A stretch of 36,138 bases of DNA from an uncultured Candidatus Saccharibacteria bacterium (GCA_964546415.1 CAZJJV010000002.1:1-36138); one strand, 5' to 3'; counted from the first letter of the stretch, positions 1 through 9,221 are shown. The notes: generated by a model from the sequence alone, not told the origin. Translations and numbers: made by a program.

Positions 1-1963
1 TTGTTCGGCAAAAGGGTATCATCACCCAAATGTTTTTTAATCCAAAAACCTCTCTTGCCCTTTTTATTGCCTGACACTCCATTTCAAAGGCCGGTTGAAA
101 TTTTGGATCATAGTATCTTGAGGCTCCTCGCCAGCCAAGCATTGGATTCTGTTCTTGGGGTTCAAATAATTCCCCGCCCACCAACTCTCGATATTCGTTT
201 GATTTGAAATCAGAAAGCCTGACAATAACCGGCCTTGGCCAAAAAGCAGCGGCAATTTGCCCTATCCCCTCGGCTAACTCTTTAAAGAAATGTTCTTTTT
301 TGTCTTTGTGTTCAATTGTGATTTCATCTATTTGTTTTATTATCTCTCTTGTGTTTTTATCTTTTTTTGCTTTCTTTTTTAATTTTTGATAATGATAAAG
401 GGCTAAGGGGTGAACCCTAATTTTTTCTGCTAAAATAAATTCCATTCTGGCCAAACCCACTCCCTCCACTGGCAAAAAAGAGGTTTCAAAAGCAATTTCT
501 GGGGCGCCGATATTTATCATTATTTTTGTTTTCAGTTTTGGTAGGATTTTTAAATCATATTTTTTAACCTCAAAAGGAATCTTCCCTAAAAAGACACTTC
601 CTTCTTTCCCTGTGCAGTCAACCGTAACCTCATCGCCAGTTTTTAAAAGTTTAGTGGCCTTCATCGTTCCAACCACTGCCGGAATTCCTAGTTCTCGTGA
701 AATAATGGCTGCGTGGGATACCCTACCTCCTTCGTCAGTGACAATAGCAGAAGCCATTCTCATTATTGGCACCCAATCAGGATCTGTCATTTTAGTAACC
801 AAAACCTCCCCTTTTTGAAACTGAGAAATTTTGGAGGCATCAGTAATCACCCTTGCCTTTCCTTGGCCAATTTTTGTTCCTACTGAAATGCCAGTTAAAA
901 TTGGTTTTTTCTTTGCTTTTAGGGTATATTCTTCATAAAAATTTTTTTCTTTGGAAGAATATATTGTTTCGGGTCGAGATTGAACAATAAACAATTGGCC
1001 CGATTTTCCGTCCTTTGCCCATTCAATATCTTGGGGAATTTTATAATGCTCCTCAATTTGGCAGGCCCATTTTGCTAAGGTCAAAACCTCCTCATCCGTT
1101 AAAGAAAATTTTGATTGGTCTTTTTTAGAAACAGCCACCTCTCTCAATCCTCCTTTTTTGGCAAAAATATATTTTTTTGTTTTCCTCCCTAAGTTTTTAA
1201 CAATGATTGATTTATAACCTTGTTTTAGGGTTGGTTTAAAAACATAAAACTCATCAGGGGTAATTTTTCCTTTAACAATCATTTCTCCCACCCCATAAAT
1301 TGAACTAATCAAAACAATGTTTCTAAATCCGGTTTCCGTATCTAAGGTAAAAATCACCCCAGAAGAAGCCAAATCAGATCTGATCATTTTTTGAACCCCT
1401 ACCGATAAGGCAAACTTCAAATGAGGCACCTTTTTCTCTTCCCGATAGGCCACAACCCTATCATTAAAAGCCGAAGCCAAACACTTTTTAATAGCATTTA
1501 ATAATTCTTTTTCTCCAGAAATATTCAAAAAGGTTTCAAATTGGCCAGCAAAACTCATTGTGGGAGCATCCTCAGCCACCCCAGAAGATCTTACCGCCAC
1601 CCTTAAATTTTTTTCCTTATAAAAAGATGATAATTTTTGATAAGCCAAAACGATCTCTTTTCTTAAATCCTCTGGAAATTCTCCCCTTAAAATCAAATTC
1701 CTGGCTTTCTGGCCGGTTTCTTTTAAACTCTTTAGACTGTTGGGTTCAAATTTTTCAAAAATCTTCTTTAATTTTTTTTCCATTTGGTTTTTTTTCAGAA
1801 AATACCAATAAGCCTGAGTGGTAAAAGCAAACCCATAAGGAACATTAATTCCTTTTTTGTTTAATTGATTAAACATCTCGCCCAAAGAAGCGTTTTTCCC
1901 TCCTACCAAAGGAATGTCCTTTTTAGAAACCTCATCAAACCAAAGAATATATTTTTTAGCCAT
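1..1963 (-). CDS. ppsA: Phosphoenolpyruvate synthase / pyruvate,water dikinase (N-terminal ~654 codons; C-terminus runs off the window start)
   Basis: Not in the supplied ORF track because there is no stop inside the window. Hand translation of the minus strand from ATG 1963..1961 stayed open in every stretch I translated by hand (about 660..1963 and 1..330; the ~330..660 stretch was only skimmed): MAKKYILWFDEVSKKDIPLVGGKNASLGEMF, SSGVAEDAPTMSFAGQFETFLN, EWAKDGKSGQLFIVQSRPETI, phospho-His region TDEGGRVSHAAIISRELGIPAVVG, RLSDFKSNEYRELVGG..NPMLGWRGASRYY. Confidence 0.9.
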   Translation of the reverse strand, partial: MAKKYILWFDEVSKKDIPLVGGKNASLGEMFNQLNKKGINVPYGFAFTTQAYWYFLKKNQMEKKLKKIFEKFEPNSLKSLKETGQKARNLILRGEFPEDLRKEIVLAYQKLSSFYKEKNLRVAVRSSGVAEDAPTMSFAGQFETFLNISGEKELLNAIKKCLASAFNDRVVAYREEKKVPHLKFALSVGVQKMIRSDLASSGVIFTLDTETGFRNIVLISSIYGVGEMIVKGKITPDEFYVFKPTLKQGYKSIIVKNLGRKTKKYIFAKKGGLREVAVSKKDQSKFSLTDEEVLTLAKWACQIEEHYKIPQDIEWAKDGKSGQLFIVQSRPETIYSSKEKNFYEEYTLKAKKKPILTGISVGTKIGQGKARVITDASKISQFQKGEVLVTKMTDPDWVPIMRMASAIVTDEGGRVSHAAIISRELGIPAVVGTMKATKLLKTGDEVTVDCTGKEGSVFLGKIPFEVKKYDLKILPKLKTKIMINIGAPEIAFETSFLPVEGVGLARMEFILAEKIRVHPLALYHYQKLKKKAKKDKNTREIIKQIDEITIEHKDKKEHFFKELAEGIGQIAAAFWPRPVIVRLSDFKSNEYRELVGGELFEPQEQNPMLGWRGASRYYDPKFQPAFEMECQAIKRAREVFGLKNIWVMIPFCRT

Positions 1964-1968
1964 AAAAT

Positions 1969-4020
1969 TTATTTAAATAAAAAGGAAATAATTTGTTTTA
2001 ATAAGGATTTATGGCTTAGAATGGCTCCGATTAAAAGGATCAAGCCAAAAAGAATAAACAAAATATCCAAAAAAACAACAAAAGAACCTTTTTCTTTTCT
2101 CTTTATCGCCCCCTTAACCCTTTCTATGCTTTCAGGGTTAGCTAGGGTAGACAAATCTCCCAAACCTTCCCCTTTTAATAAGGCCTTTAAAACCCTTCTC
2201 ATTATTTTACCTGATCTGGTCTTTGGTAGGTCTTCAACTAAATAAACCTCTTTTATTAAAACGATTGGTCCAATCTCTTTCTTAACCTGGTCTACAACTT
2301 CTTTTTTAATTTCTTCAATTGTTTTTGATCCTTTATAAACCACAAATGCAACTGGTATCTCTCCTTTTATTTTATCTGGAATTCCCACTACTGCACATTC
2401 GGTAATATCAGAAAGCAGGTTAATTGCTGCTTCTAATTCGCCAGTAGATATTCTGTGACCGGCTACCTTTATTATATCATCAACCCTACCGACAATTTTA
2501 ATTAAACCATTCTCGTCTTTAAGGGCACCGTCACCAGTAAAATAAATTTTATCTCCATACTGGCTCCAATATGTTTCTAAATATTTTTTGGGATCTCGAT
2601 AAATTCCTCTTAACAATCCAGGAACAAAGGGTGAGAGTAAAACCAGGTTGCCCGGTTTTCCCGGAGGACACGGTTTCCCTTCATCGTTTAAAATATCAAG
2701 TCTTGTTCCAGGAAAAGGAAGACCAACAAAACCTGGTTTGAAGGGTCCAATTCCCGGCAGAGAGGTAATGACAACGCTTCCAGTTTCTGTTTGCCACCAG
2801 GTATCCAAAATTGGACATCTTTTTTTGCCTATCTTTTCATACAGAAACATCCAGCTTTTCTCGTCTAATTTTTCACCGGTGCTTGCTAAAATCCTTAAGG
2901 TAGAAAGATTGTGTTTATCAATCAATTCTGAGCCGAAACTTTCAAGCATTCTAATTAAGGTTGGAGCGGTATAAAATATTGTCACTTTATATTTTTCTAA
3001 TATCTGATAAACCCTGTCTTTCTCTGGCCAATCTGGAGCCCCTTCAAAAATAAGGGTGGTTATCCCATTAAGCAAAGGAGAATAAATTGTATAGGTGTGA
3101 CCGGTAATCCAACCCACATCAGCGGTGCACCATAAAATATCGTTTTCCTGAAAATCAAATGCCCACCTTCCACTAAAATAAGCCTGAACTGTATAGCCTC
3201 CGATAGTATGAAGAATTTGCAAATATTCACCCGTTGTCCCGCTCTCAGCCAAAATAAATAAAATGTCTTCAGAGTCCATTATTTCTGCTGGACATTGGTC
3301 ACTTTCTTCTTTTACTATCTCAGACCACCAAAAATCTCTTCCTTCTTTAAAATTTATCTCATTGTCGGCTCGCTTAACCACAATTACTTTTTCTACCTCT
3401 GTCTCTTCTATCCCCTTATCAGCTGATTCTTTTAAATTGATGAGTTTTCCTCGTCGATAATAACCATCGGCTGTAATTAAAATTTTTGCTTTAGTATCTT
3501 GTAATCTTGTTTTTAAAGCACTAGGAGAAAAAGCAGAAAAAACTACTGCATGAATTGCTCCAATCCTAGCACAGGCTAACATTGAAATAATTGTTTCTGG
3601 AATCATTGGCAGATAAATTCCCACCACGTCTCCCTTTTTTACTCCCAAAGCTTTTAAGGCATTGGCAAACCCGTTTACCAGTTTTAATAATTCCTCATAA
3701 GTATAGGCTTTGGGCTCTTCTGTGGTTGGCTCTGGTTCCCAGATTAAAGCAGTTTTTTCTTTTATCTTTTCCCAACCAAGTTTGTTTTTTTCAAAAATAT
3801 TGCTGGTAATATTAATTTTCCCCTCCAAAAACCATTTAAAATAAGGGGGGTTTTCTTCAAAATCTTTCTCCCATTCTTTAAACCAAAAAAGCTCTTTGGC
3901 TAATTTTGACCAAAAGGCTACCGGATCTCTCTCGGCTTCTTGGTAAATCTTTTCATCTCTTAAAATAGCTTTTTCTTTTGTTTTAGCTGAAGGAAAGTAA
4001 AGTTCTCCTTTTTTGATCAT
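1969..4020 (-). CDS. acs: Acetyl-CoA synthetase (AMP-forming, ANL superfamily) with atypical P-loop and C-terminal hydrophobic tail
   Basis: ORF 1969..4125, start trimmed to ATG 4020 (MIKKGELYF) because the upstream 35 codons overlap the gap 3' end. Acs-type motifs are WCTADVGWITGH, WWQTETG, YFTGDGA, GRVDDIIKVAGHRISTGELE and PKTRSGKIMRR. Confidence 0.85.
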   Translation of the reverse strand: MIKKGELYFPSAKTKEKAILRDEKIYQEAERDPVAFWSKLAKELFWFKEWEKDFEENPPYFKWFLEGKINITSNIFEKNKLGWEKIKEKTALIWEPEPTTEEPKAYTYEELLKLVNGFANALKALGVKKGDVVGIYLPMIPETIISMLACARIGAIHAVVFSAFSPSALKTRLQDTKAKILITADGYYRRGKLINLKESADKGIEETEVEKVIVVKRADNEINFKEGRDFWWSEIVKEESDQCPAEIMDSEDILFILAESGTTGEYLQILHTIGGYTVQAYFSGRWAFDFQENDILWCTADVGWITGHTYTIYSPLLNGITTLIFEGAPDWPEKDRVYQILEKYKVTIFYTAPTLIRMLESFGSELIDKHNLSTLRILASTGEKLDEKSWMFLYEKIGKKRCPILDTWWQTETGSVVITSLPGIGPFKPGFVGLPFPGTRLDILNDEGKPCPPGKPGNLVLLSPFVPGLLRGIYRDPKKYLETYWSQYGDKIYFTGDGALKDENGLIKIVGRVDDIIKVAGHRISTGELEAAINLLSDITECAVVGIPDKIKGEIPVAFVVYKGSKTIEEIKKEVVDQVKKEIGPIVLIKEVYLVEDLPKTRSGKIMRRVLKALLKGEGLGDLSTLANPESIERVKGAIKRKEKGSFVVFLDILFILFGLILLIGAILSHKSLLKQIISFLFK

Positions 4021-4042
4021 GTATTTATATTTGAGAAAATCT

Positions 4043-5062
4043 TTAGGCGCCCAATTTTTTGCCCACAAATTCACAAAATTCTGCCAACCTACAAGAATAG
4101 GCAAATTCGTTATCATACCAGGCAACCACCTTAACCAAATTTCCTATCACCATTGTAGATGACAAATCAACAATAGCCGAACAAGAATTCCCAATATAAT
4201 CTGAAGAAACCAGGGGTTCTTTTTCCACAGCCAAAATTCCTTTGAGTTTTTCATTTTGGGCAGCTTTTCTAAAAGCTTCATTCACTTCTTCCACGCTAGT
4301 TTCTTTCTCTAACTCACAAATAAGATCAATAACAGAAACCGTGGGCGTGGGCACCCTAAAAGCCACTCCGTTGAGTTTCCCTTCTAATTCTGGAATAACC
4401 TTTCCAATGGCTTTGGCGGCTCCAGTGGTAGTAGGAATAATGTTTAGGGCGGCTGCTCTAGCCCTTCTCAAATCCTTGTGGGGTAAATCTAAAATTCTCT
4501 GATCATTAGTGTAAGAATGAATAGTACTCATAAATCCTTTCTGTAAACCAAAATTCTCGTTCAACACCTTCGCTACCGGTGCTAAACAATTAGTGGTGCA
4601 AGAACCCATATCTACAATATCTGTTTTTTGAGGATCATATTTTTCTTCATTAACCCCTAAAACAAAAGAGGGGACTTTTTCTGGATCTTTAGAGGGGGCG
4701 GAAATAATTACTTTCTTGGCCCCAGCCAAAATATGTTTTTTGGCTCCCTCATAATCTCTAAAATGTCCGGTACACTCCAAAACAATATCTATTCCTAGTT
4801 CTTTCCAGGGTAATTCTTGAGGATCGGCTTTGGCAAATATTTTTATTTTTTTATCTTCTACTACTAAACAACCTTCTTCTATTTTAATTTCTTTTTCGTA
4901 TCTTCCATAAATTGAATCATATCTTAAAAGGTGGCCTAAGGTTTGAGGATCAGTAAGATCGTTTATGGCCACCACTTCTAAATCAGGATGCTTTTCAATA
5001 ATTCTTCTAAAAGTGGGACGGCCGATTCGACCAAACCCATTAATGGCTACTTTAGTAGGCAT
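4043..5062 (-). CDS. gap: Glyceraldehyde-3-phosphate dehydrogenase
   Basis: INGFGRIGR Rossmann N-terminus, catalytic SCTTNCLAP, AWYDNEFAYS near the C-terminus; 339 aa. Confidence 0.95.
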   Translation of the reverse strand: MPTKVAINGFGRIGRPTFRRIIEKHPDLEVVAINDLTDPQTLGHLLRYDSIYGRYEKEIKIEEGCLVVEDKKIKIFAKADPQELPWKELGIDIVLECTGHFRDYEGAKKHILAGAKKVIISAPSKDPEKVPSFVLGVNEEKYDPQKTDIVDMGSCTTNCLAPVAKVLNENFGLQKGFMSTIHSYTNDQRILDLPHKDLRRARAAALNIIPTTTGAAKAIGKVIPELEGKLNGVAFRVPTPTVSVIDLICELEKETSVEEVNEAFRKAAQNEKLKGILAVEKEPLVSSDYIGNSCSAIVDLSSTMVIGNLVKVVAWYDNEFAYSCRLAEFCEFVGKKLGA

Positions 5063-5100
5063 ATTTTTGTGAAATTTTAATTAATAATAAATTTGGACCT

Positions 5101-5334
5101 TTAAAGGTTTAATAATTTTTTAATTTTTTCTTTATCAAAACCCACCACAAACTCTCCATCAATCTCTAACACCGGCACCCCCATCTGGCCTGTTTTTTCA
5201 ATCATTTCTTTGGCAGCCATTTCATCTTGAGAGACATCAATTTCTTCAAATTCTACCTTGTTTTCCTTTAAAAATTCTTTTAGGGCTACACAATAAGGGC
5301 AAATAGGGGTAGTATAAACTTTTACTTTAGCCAT
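5101..5334 (-). CDS. Glutaredoxin/NrdH-like small redox protein
   Basis: MAKVKVYTTPICPYC active site with a thioredoxin-fold C-terminus (GVPVLEIDGEFVVGFD). Start trimmed to ATG 5334, 5 nt after the upstream stop. Confidence 0.8.
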   Translation of the reverse strand: MAKVKVYTTPICPYCVALKEFLKENKVEFEEIDVSQDEMAAKEMIEKTGQMGVPVLEIDGEFVVGFDKEKIKKLLNL

Positions 5335-5338
5335 AATT

Positions 5339-6334
5339 TTATTTTTCGCATCCCTCCTCATTAGAAGATCCCCCACCTTCTCCTCCGATACCCGGAGAAG
5401 GAATTTCGGGAGAGAGGGTTTGAGAACACTCTTTTGGAGGGGAGTTGAAGGCTTGGCAAATTATCTCTTTTATTTTTTCTGGAGACCTTTCTACATATAC
5501 TACTTTGTCGTTAACTACCAGGGTGGGAGAACCCTGAACCTGATATTTTTCGTTTAGTTCTTTGTGAATATCAAAACGAGGATAGGTTCCGCCCAACCAA
5601 CTACTTTTATCTTCATAAAGTTTGGTAATCTGATAAGCTTCATCGGTTTGGGAAATACACCCCTCTAGTTTTGCTTTATTAATTTGGGCCACCTCTAAAC
5701 ACTCTCTTGCCTCTCCGCTTTTTACAAAACAATCCAAATAATCAGAATATTTCTCTTTTTCTTCTTTTTGAATACAGTATTGTCTAAGATTCTCATCTAT
5801 TTCTTTTTTTTCGTGCATAATATAATCAACAAAATAAATTCCCATATTTGCTTTATCTTTCAGTAATTTATAAACAGGCAAAAAGGCTTTTTCCATTTGA
5901 AGCCCATAGGGACAATAAGACATTACAAATAATTTCACATCAGGCTTATCACTCTTGGGAACCTCAGCCATCTCTTTTTCTTTTTGAGCGGTTTGCTGGA
6001 AAGAATCCATATCAATTGCTTGAAAAAACAACAATTTGCCATCTTTGCTCACAAATGCCTCAAACTCTTGGCCCCCCGTCTCCGGGCCCACCTTAAAGGT
6101 CACTTTATATAAACCACTTTCTTCTTTCACTCCAGAGAGAAAAACCCCTTGATCCTCTGTTAAGAGATTCTCTTTAATAAAACTTATCACCTTCTGACCC
6201 GCCTCTTGGGAAGATAAAAAATAAGAAGGATGGAGAATTTTTTCTTTGTTGGTGTAGAGAATCGCTCCGGCAATCAAAATTCCTCCAATCAAAATTGCTA
6301 GGGCTATTATGTTTTGGTTGAGTTTTAGATCCAT
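5339..6334 (-). CDS. Membrane-anchored thioredoxin-fold (DsbA-like) protein, monothiol CPYG variant
   Basis: N-terminal TM helix (IIALAILIGGILIAGAILY). Thioredoxin-like module FVMSYCPYG ... VQGSPTLVVNDKVV with several extra Cys, and a Gly/Ser-rich C-terminus. Confidence 0.55.
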   Translation of the reverse strand: MDLKLNQNIIALAILIGGILIAGAILYTNKEKILHPSYFLSSQEAGQKVISFIKENLLTEDQGVFLSGVKEESGLYKVTFKVGPETGGQEFEAFVSKDGKLLFFQAIDMDSFQQTAQKEKEMAEVPKSDKPDVKLFVMSYCPYGLQMEKAFLPVYKLLKDKANMGIYFVDYIMHEKKEIDENLRQYCIQKEEKEKYSDYLDCFVKSGEARECLEVAQINKAKLEGCISQTDEAYQITKLYEDKSSWLGGTYPRFDIHKELNEKYQVQGSPTLVVNDKVVYVERSPEKIKEIICQAFNSPPKECSQTLSPEIPSPGIGGEGGGSSNEEGCEK

Positions 6335-6372
6335 GGACTAAATATAAATTAATTTTTTTCAACCTTTTTCAT

Positions 6373-6401
6373 ATTTTACTATCATTTATTTTGAAAGGCA
6401 A
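6373..6401 (-). promoter_or_regulatory. Putative promoter of the DsbA-like/glutaredoxin pair
   Basis: Minus strand reads TTGCCT (6401..6396), a 17-nt spacer, then TAAAAT (6378..6373). Confidence 0.5.
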
Positions 6402-6436
6402 GCAAAACAAAAACAGAAATTTTTTTATTTCTGTTT
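6400..6436 (-). terminator. Putative AT-rich intrinsic terminator after apgM
   Basis: AAACAGAAAT / ATTTCTGTTT 10-bp stem (6411..6420 with 6427..6436), 6-nt loop, followed on the minus strand by UUGUUUUG. Confidence 0.45.
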
Positions 6437-6449
6437 GATGTCTTAACGT

Positions 6450-7640
6450 TTAGTTTTTTGCCATCTCAATAATCTTTGGCATCAGTTTTATTTGTTTAAA
6501 CCTGCCCAAGGCTCCCTTTTTACAGTCCTTTTCTGAAAACCTTTCTACCCCATCCTTCTCTTTTCCCCACACCAAAATAGGGCTAGGAAATCCGCAATGG
6601 CTTTTTAAAAGAGAACAGGTAGAATGATCGCCCGTAATCACGACAAGACAATTTTTTAACCCTAAAAGGGGTTTGAGGGATTTATCAAATTTTTCAATAA
6701 ATCTTTTTTTACCTAAAAAATTACCATCTTCGGCTAAATTATCTGGAGCCTTAATGTGGCAAAAAATAAAATCATAATTTTTTAGATTTTTTTTCAGGGC
6801 CAAAATCTTCCCCCTTAAATTGGTGTTTGGCAAACCATTGGCTCCCCTTACCTTTATTTCTTTCATTCCCAAATACCTTGCTATTCCCTTATAAAGAGTT
6901 CCTCCGGCTATAAAGGCAGATCTTAAATTATATCTTTGACTAAAGGACTTAATTTTTCTAAACTTCCCTGCTCCCCTCACTAAGATATAATTAGCCGGCA
7001 ATTTTCTTTTTTTGTTCTGGGGGTGGTCCTTTAATATAAAATGGGCCTTTCTTAAAAATTGATTTAAAACATTGGCAGTAAAAATAGCAGACTTGGTTTG
7101 AGATAATGGCTTTATTAAATAAGGTCTTACCCCCACCCTCTTAGGATCTCCATCTGAGATTTGAGCCGACAGGCCCTTTCCCCTCATTAAAACCACTATG
7201 CGGTGAGAAAAGGCCTTGGCAATCAAAAACCTTATTCCTTTAATTTCTAAATTGTTAATGGATTCAATCAACCTTTCTGTTTTTTCAATTCTTCCTGCTC
7301 TTCTATCAATAATTTTAAAATTTTTCTCATTTATTGTAGCAAAGTTTCCTCTCAAACAAACATCATTGGCTAAAATTTCCATTCCAACTCCTAGGGCTTC
7401 TAAAACTCCCCTACCAGGATTTGATTTTTGGGGTGGGTAACCAAATAGGGCTAAATGACAATCTTCTGAGGTGGGTTTTTTTCCTTTTTGATGCCAACTC
7501 TCTACCAACCCACAAGTACCTTGAGAAGCCAAAAAATCTAAATGAGGAGTTCTGGCTTTTTCTAATGGGGTCTGGTTTCCTAATTGAGGAATTTTTTCAT
7601 CCCCCAAACCATCGATAATAATTAAAATAATTTTTTTCAT
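6450..7640 (-). CDS. apgM: Cofactor-independent phosphoglycerate mutase, archaeal-type (ApgM family)
   Basis: MKKIILIIIDGLGDE N-terminus, ITGDHSTC motif, ~396 aa as for the ApgM family; lies directly downstream of eno. Confidence 0.8.
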   Translation of the reverse strand: MKKIILIIIDGLGDEKIPQLGNQTPLEKARTPHLDFLASQGTCGLVESWHQKGKKPTSEDCHLALFGYPPQKSNPGRGVLEALGVGMEILANDVCLRGNFATINEKNFKIIDRRAGRIEKTERLIESINNLEIKGIRFLIAKAFSHRIVVLMRGKGLSAQISDGDPKRVGVRPYLIKPLSQTKSAIFTANVLNQFLRKAHFILKDHPQNKKRKLPANYILVRGAGKFRKIKSFSQRYNLRSAFIAGGTLYKGIARYLGMKEIKVRGANGLPNTNLRGKILALKKNLKNYDFIFCHIKAPDNLAEDGNFLGKKRFIEKFDKSLKPLLGLKNCLVVITGDHSTCSLLKSHCGFPSPILVWGKEKDGVERFSEKDCKKGALGRFKQIKLMPKIIEMAKN

Positions 7641-7647
7641 CTTAAAA

Positions 7648-8856
7648 CTATAAAGGTTTGTTTAGTTCATTTTCTATTTCTAAAAGACGGTTGTATTTTG
7701 CTACTCTCTCTCCTCTGGCCGGAGCCCCTGCCTTAATAAAATCAGCCCCTATTCCTACCGCCAAATCTGAGATAAAATCATCGGTGGTCTCCCCTGAACG
7801 ATGGGAAACAATAATTTTCCAGCCAAAAGACTTGGCTAATTTTGCTGCCTCAATTGTTTTAGAAATGGTGCCAATCTGATTCATCTTAATAATCGCTCCA
7901 TCGCAAGCCTCTTTTAGTTTTGCCCTCTTTATTCTTTTAGGATTGGTGGCCAATAAATCATCACCAATTATTAACACTTTTGCCTTTTGCTTTTTTAATT
8001 TTGCCCTAAACTCTTTCCAGCCCAACCAATCATCTTCAGCGAAAGGATCTTCAATTCCTAAAATAGGATACCTTTTTATTAAATTAAAATAATAATCAGC
8101 CAATTTTTTTCTTTTAAGAGGACCCAATTTTGTTTGATAGACGTTTTTTTTATAAAATTGGGAAGAAGCCACATCTAAAATAATTTTTAATTCTTTTTGG
8201 CAGCCCAACACATTGGCTGTCTTTTCAATTAAATCTAAGGCCTCCTCTGGTCTCTTTAAAGGGGGAGCAAATCCTCCCTCATCTCCTAAATTAGTAGCCA
8301 AAAGAGAGTACTTTTGAGAAATTATTTCTTTTAATTTTCGATAAAATTTAACTGCCAATTCTAAATTTTTCAAAAAAGATCTTTTTTGAAAGACAACCAT
8401 AAATTCCTGAAAATCTAAATCATTCCCAGCATGAACTCCTCCATTAATTATATTAAAAGCAGGTAGGGGCATCCTAAAAGATCTTTTTCCTCTCCCAAAA
8501 AGTTCCCTAATATAAAAAAACAGAGGCATATCCTTTGCTTTTGCTCCGGCCCGGCAAACCGCTAAAGAAACAGGTAGAGTAACATTTGAGCCAAATTTTT
8601 GGGGATTTAAAAATTTATCAATTTTTTCTTGGTTTAAAACATTTTCTTTTTTTAATCTAGAACCAATTATTTTATTAATTGTTTTTACTGCCTCTTCTAC
8701 CTTCACTGTTTTTGCCTCATATTTTCCCTTGGAAGCCCCAGAAGGAACAGAGGCCAAAAATTCGCCAAAAGAGGTTTCTAGTTTCACCTCTACTGTCCAA
8801 TTTCCTCTGGAATCCAAAATTTTTCTCGCTGAAACTTTCTTAATCTCTTTTTTCAT
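7648..8856 (-). CDS. eno: Enolase
   Basis: ARKILDSRGNWTVEV, NIINGGVHAGN, SHRSGETTDDFISDLAVG; 402 aa. Confidence 0.95.
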   Translation of the reverse strand: MKKEIKKVSARKILDSRGNWTVEVKLETSFGEFLASVPSGASKGKYEAKTVKVEEAVKTINKIIGSRLKKENVLNQEKIDKFLNPQKFGSNVTLPVSLAVCRAGAKAKDMPLFFYIRELFGRGKRSFRMPLPAFNIINGGVHAGNDLDFQEFMVVFQKRSFLKNLELAVKFYRKLKEIISQKYSLLATNLGDEGGFAPPLKRPEEALDLIEKTANVLGCQKELKIILDVASSQFYKKNVYQTKLGPLKRKKLADYYFNLIKRYPILGIEDPFAEDDWLGWKEFRAKLKKQKAKVLIIGDDLLATNPKRIKRAKLKEACDGAIIKMNQIGTISKTIEAAKLAKSFGWKIIVSHRSGETTDDFISDLAVGIGADFIKAGAPARGERVAKYNRLLEIENELNKPL

Positions 8857-8865
8857 ATTTATTTT

Positions 8866-8874
8866 ATTTTAACA
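8866..8874 (-). promoter_or_regulatory. Extended -10 promoter element upstream of eno
   Basis: Minus strand reads TGTTAAAAT (TGn + TAAAAT 8871..8866), ending 9 nt before ATG 8856. There is no SD. Confidence 0.4.
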
Positions 8875-8904
8875 CACCTTACCAAAAATAAAAAATTCCA
8901 GAGA

Positions 8905-8930
8905 AACAAAAAAAGGAGGCAGGGCCTCCT
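8905..8930 (-). terminator. Intrinsic (potentially bidirectional) terminator after the 85-aa gene
   Basis: AGGAGGC-nnn-GCCTCCT 7-bp stem (8914..8930), flanked by an A-run on one side and a T-run on the other. On the minus strand the stem is followed by UUUUUUUG. Confidence 0.7.
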
Positions 8931-9187
8931 TATTTTTTTCTTTCAAACATCTGAATGGGATATTTGTATTTTGTGAGCTCAAATTTGAATCCCAAGATCT
9001 CTAAAACCTGTAATATGGCCATTAAGCACAACTCCCCTCCAACATAAACCTTATCGTCAAAATACCCTTCTCTTTTTTCGAGTCCGTAAACAACGCCATC
9101 CTTGTCAAGTAGTAAAAGTGTTTTGTTGTCCCGATCATAAATAACCCTTGCTGGATCTTTTAAAACCTTCCCATATACTTTTTTCAT
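8930..9187 (-). CDS. Hypothetical 85-aa protein (own promoter, SD and terminator)
   Basis: ORF with AGGAGG SD 5 nt upstream of the ATG, a consensus-like promoter upstream and a hairpin/U-run terminator at the stop. No motif recognised. Confidence 0.6.
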   Translation of the reverse strand: MKKVYGKVLKDPARVIYDRDNKTLLLLDKDGVVYGLEKREGYFDDKVYVGGELCLMAILQVLEILGFKFELTKYKYPIQMFERKK

Positions 9188-9221
9188 TTTAACCTCCTAA
9201 TTTTAATTGGAACTGTTTTCA

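Noticed and set aside
1-1968. The ORF track shows only short ORFs here, so this could be a non-coding, pseudogenised or recoded (alternative genetic code) region.
   Set aside because: Hand translation of the minus strand from ATG 1963 gives an uninterrupted standard-code reading frame with clear PEP synthase motifs in every stretch I translated carefully (about 660..1963 and 1..330). It is missing from the track only because it has no stop inside the window. The short plus-strand ORFs (1..207, 204..389, 612..818, 1558..1824, 1865..2245) are antisense artefacts.
4021-4125. 35-codon N-terminal extension of the acs ORF.
   Set aside because: It overlaps the 3' end of gap. The internal ATG 4020 gives a normal Acs N-terminus and a 22-nt intergenic gap.
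6174-6362. 62-aa minus-strand ORF starting with TTG upstream of, and overlapping, the DsbA-like gene.
   Set aside because: It overlaps the 5' part of the longer DsbA-like ORF (which has a TM anchor and thioredoxin fold) in a different frame, and has no SD or motif.
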